Source: Octopus sinensis
Lineage: Eukaryota
NCBI RefSeq assembly: GCF_006345805.1
Contig: NW_021833076.1
Span: 84,758 to 148,757 of the forward strand
Reading direction: 5' to 3'
Length of the DNA stretch: 64,000 nucleotides
In this document: positions 62,188 through 64,000 of the stretch, piece after piece
Layout of the letters: each line of letters opens with the position of its first letter
How positions within the stretch are numbered: the stretch's first letter is position 1
The notes under the pieces: generated by a model
What the model was told of the DNA's origin: nothing
Seen by the model: the letters and a program-made list of their open reading frames with translations, nothing else
Database searches by the model: none
Made by a program: the position numbers and the translations under genes

Positions 62188-63980
62188 ATTATTATTATTA
62201 TTTGCAACATACGTAGAATCATATTAGTTATAATTTTACTCGTGCAGCATTAAAAACAATCCTTTGAACCAGCCTCCTCCAACCTCCTCTGTCGTGAGCG
62301 AGTTTCTCAGCTCGTCCAGATCCTCACCACTCCTTAGCCTTTTCTTCACACATTTCAGGTCTCCGTCAAGTGTTTCCGGCAGCGTAACACGTGGACGTCC
62401 ACGGAAGCTCGATCCCTCTTTCAGGAAGTAGCCCTCCATTGCTATGTTAGCTGGGGCAAGCATGTCCATTCGTAGAATATGGCCAAATAACCTCCACCGC
62501 ATATTGACGATTTCCACACTCAGAGGGCCAGTTCTGCATCTATTGTATAGCGATTCCTGGTTGATTCTTATAGGCCAGTTCAATCCCAGTAGGGATCTAA
62601 GTTGCCTGCGGTGAAAAGAATCGAGTCCACGTTGTTCAGTACTAGACATTCCCCAGGTCGCCGAATTATATGTCAGGATTGGTTTGACAAAGGCTTCATA
62701 CATCCTCAGACGAAGTGACGTACAGAGTCGTCGTTTGCCGATCCACTCTTTCTTTATCTTGTTCATCGTGGCCCAAGCGAGAGCCTTTCTTCTGACAATA
62801 TCATGGCCGTCCCCAAGTAGAGAACCGAGTTTGTTCGTTTTGCGCCAGGCTTCACTTGAGCTGCTCTCCATCCTCATGATTTCAACGATGTCGGTTTTTC
62901 CAACGTTCATTTTAAGGAACCATCTGTTCAGCTCAGCAGGTGCCACTTCAAGGAGTCGAAGTAAGGCCGATTTGTCGTCTGACACGAAGTCGACGTCATC
63001 TGCATATACAATTTCGACGATATTGCCAGCATAGAATTTTCGAAGGTCTCGTAGTGCCGTCTCCAGATAGATCACGAATAGCAACGGCGAGAGGGCGTCT
63101 CCCTGAGGGGTACCGACGTTGCACGTGAATTCACGGGAAAACGCCGTGCCGACCCGCACCTTGAGCTTTGTGTTCGATAGTAGTACTCTTATCATATTGA
63201 TAGAGTCAGGGTCCAGGAATTGTTCCAGTATTTTGAGGAGTAGACCACGGCGTACCGTGTCAAAGGCCCTTGACAGGTCTATTCCCAGGACTGTTGTTGC
63301 ACTTTTGTATCTCTGGGTGATAGCGCAGTACCACTTGTGGGCCCAGACAGCATCGGCGGTGGATCTTCCTGTCCTAAATCCACTATGACTCGGGGATAGA
63401 TAGTTGTCCACTTGTTCTCTTATTCGGTTCAGTGTAACTAATCCCAAAAGTTTCCGTAAGGTGTTTAGCAAGATTATAAGGCGTAGATTTTCGACAGGCC
63501 CAGCCTGCTTGTTAGGCTTTTGGATCGGTATTAATAATCCGGAATCAAGACCGAGGAATTCCTTTTTCATAAACATACCATTGAGTAGCTCCGCCAGTTT
63601 GTCTGTTAGTGCAGGCGGTCCGTATTTAGACAGTTCTGAATTTATTCCATCCGGTCCAGAGGAGCGGCCATTTTTAAGTTTGGCTATTGCAGTTGATACT
63701 TCACCGGTGGTGATAGGTAGGCTGAGATGAGTGGTGTATCCGCTGGTGTAATCGGATATTCTCCGTGAGCGGTTAATATACTCTCGAAATACGAGGCTAT
63801 ATATTCAGCCTGCTCTTTGGGATTGTGATGAATCTTCCATTGCTGTCATGGATTTTGAGTTTGTTAGTTTGTTTTTTCCTGTTGAGTAGGCGGATTGCCG
63901 TAAACATTTTTGAAGAGTCCTTTAGCTGTTCAATTCCTGCAGCTATTAAGTCGAGTTTGTTAGTGAAGTTTGTCTTGTTC
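62188..63980 (-). mobile_element. RTE-like non-LTR retrotransposon, RT-only copy 2
   Basis: Near-identical inverted copy of 45598-47386; 446-aa ORF 62236-63576; (TAA)n tail; imperfect TSD ACTATTTCCGAT / ACATTTCGAT. Confidence 0.92.
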
Positions 63981-64000
63981 AACATTTCGATTTTCGATAA

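Overview
Animal (metazoan) nuclear DNA from a very compact genome whose host genes are split by ultra-short GT-AG introns (most measured at 20-28 nt). This intron size plus cilia/sperm-type genes best fits a dicyemid mesozoan (inference; a myxozoan or other reduced parasite is the alternative). No prokaryotic features, CRISPR, rRNA or genuine tRNA were found. Host genes recognised: FRY (furry), an MGME1-like protein, SYVN1/HRD1, a TSSK-like kinase, a longin R-SNARE (VAMP7-like), ANKMY1, RBBP6, a degenerate kinesin, a truncated CXXC1/CFP1, a PTP1B-like phosphatase and an LHX1/5 LIM-homeobox gene, plus several unidentified multi-exon genes. From about 31.6 kb onward the window is dominated by nested transposons: Buster-type hAT, pogo/Tigger, Tc1, Ginger-like integrase elements, and non-LTR elements of the Vingi/Ingi, RTE-like, R4-like and CRE types, plus a tRNA-derived SINE. 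Highlights: (1) a full-length 3.3-kb Vingi-like element whose 5' end is an HDV-like ribozyme fold starting exactly at the TSD boundary, overlapping the ORF start and followed by a 2A StopGo peptide; (2) host-sized 22-28 nt GT-AG introns at non-homologous positions in Tigger, Tc1 and Ginger-like transposases; (3) an MGME1 homologue that appears to have lost its nuclease residues; (4) CFP1 lacking PHD and CXXC domains; (5) a 10.6-kb TSD-flanked hAT holding six nested elements; (6) twin RTE-like insertions with different TSDs but the same mid-ORF 5' end. Many frameshifts are single-base homopolymer indels and may be assembly errors. All protein identifications are by motif recall, not database search.
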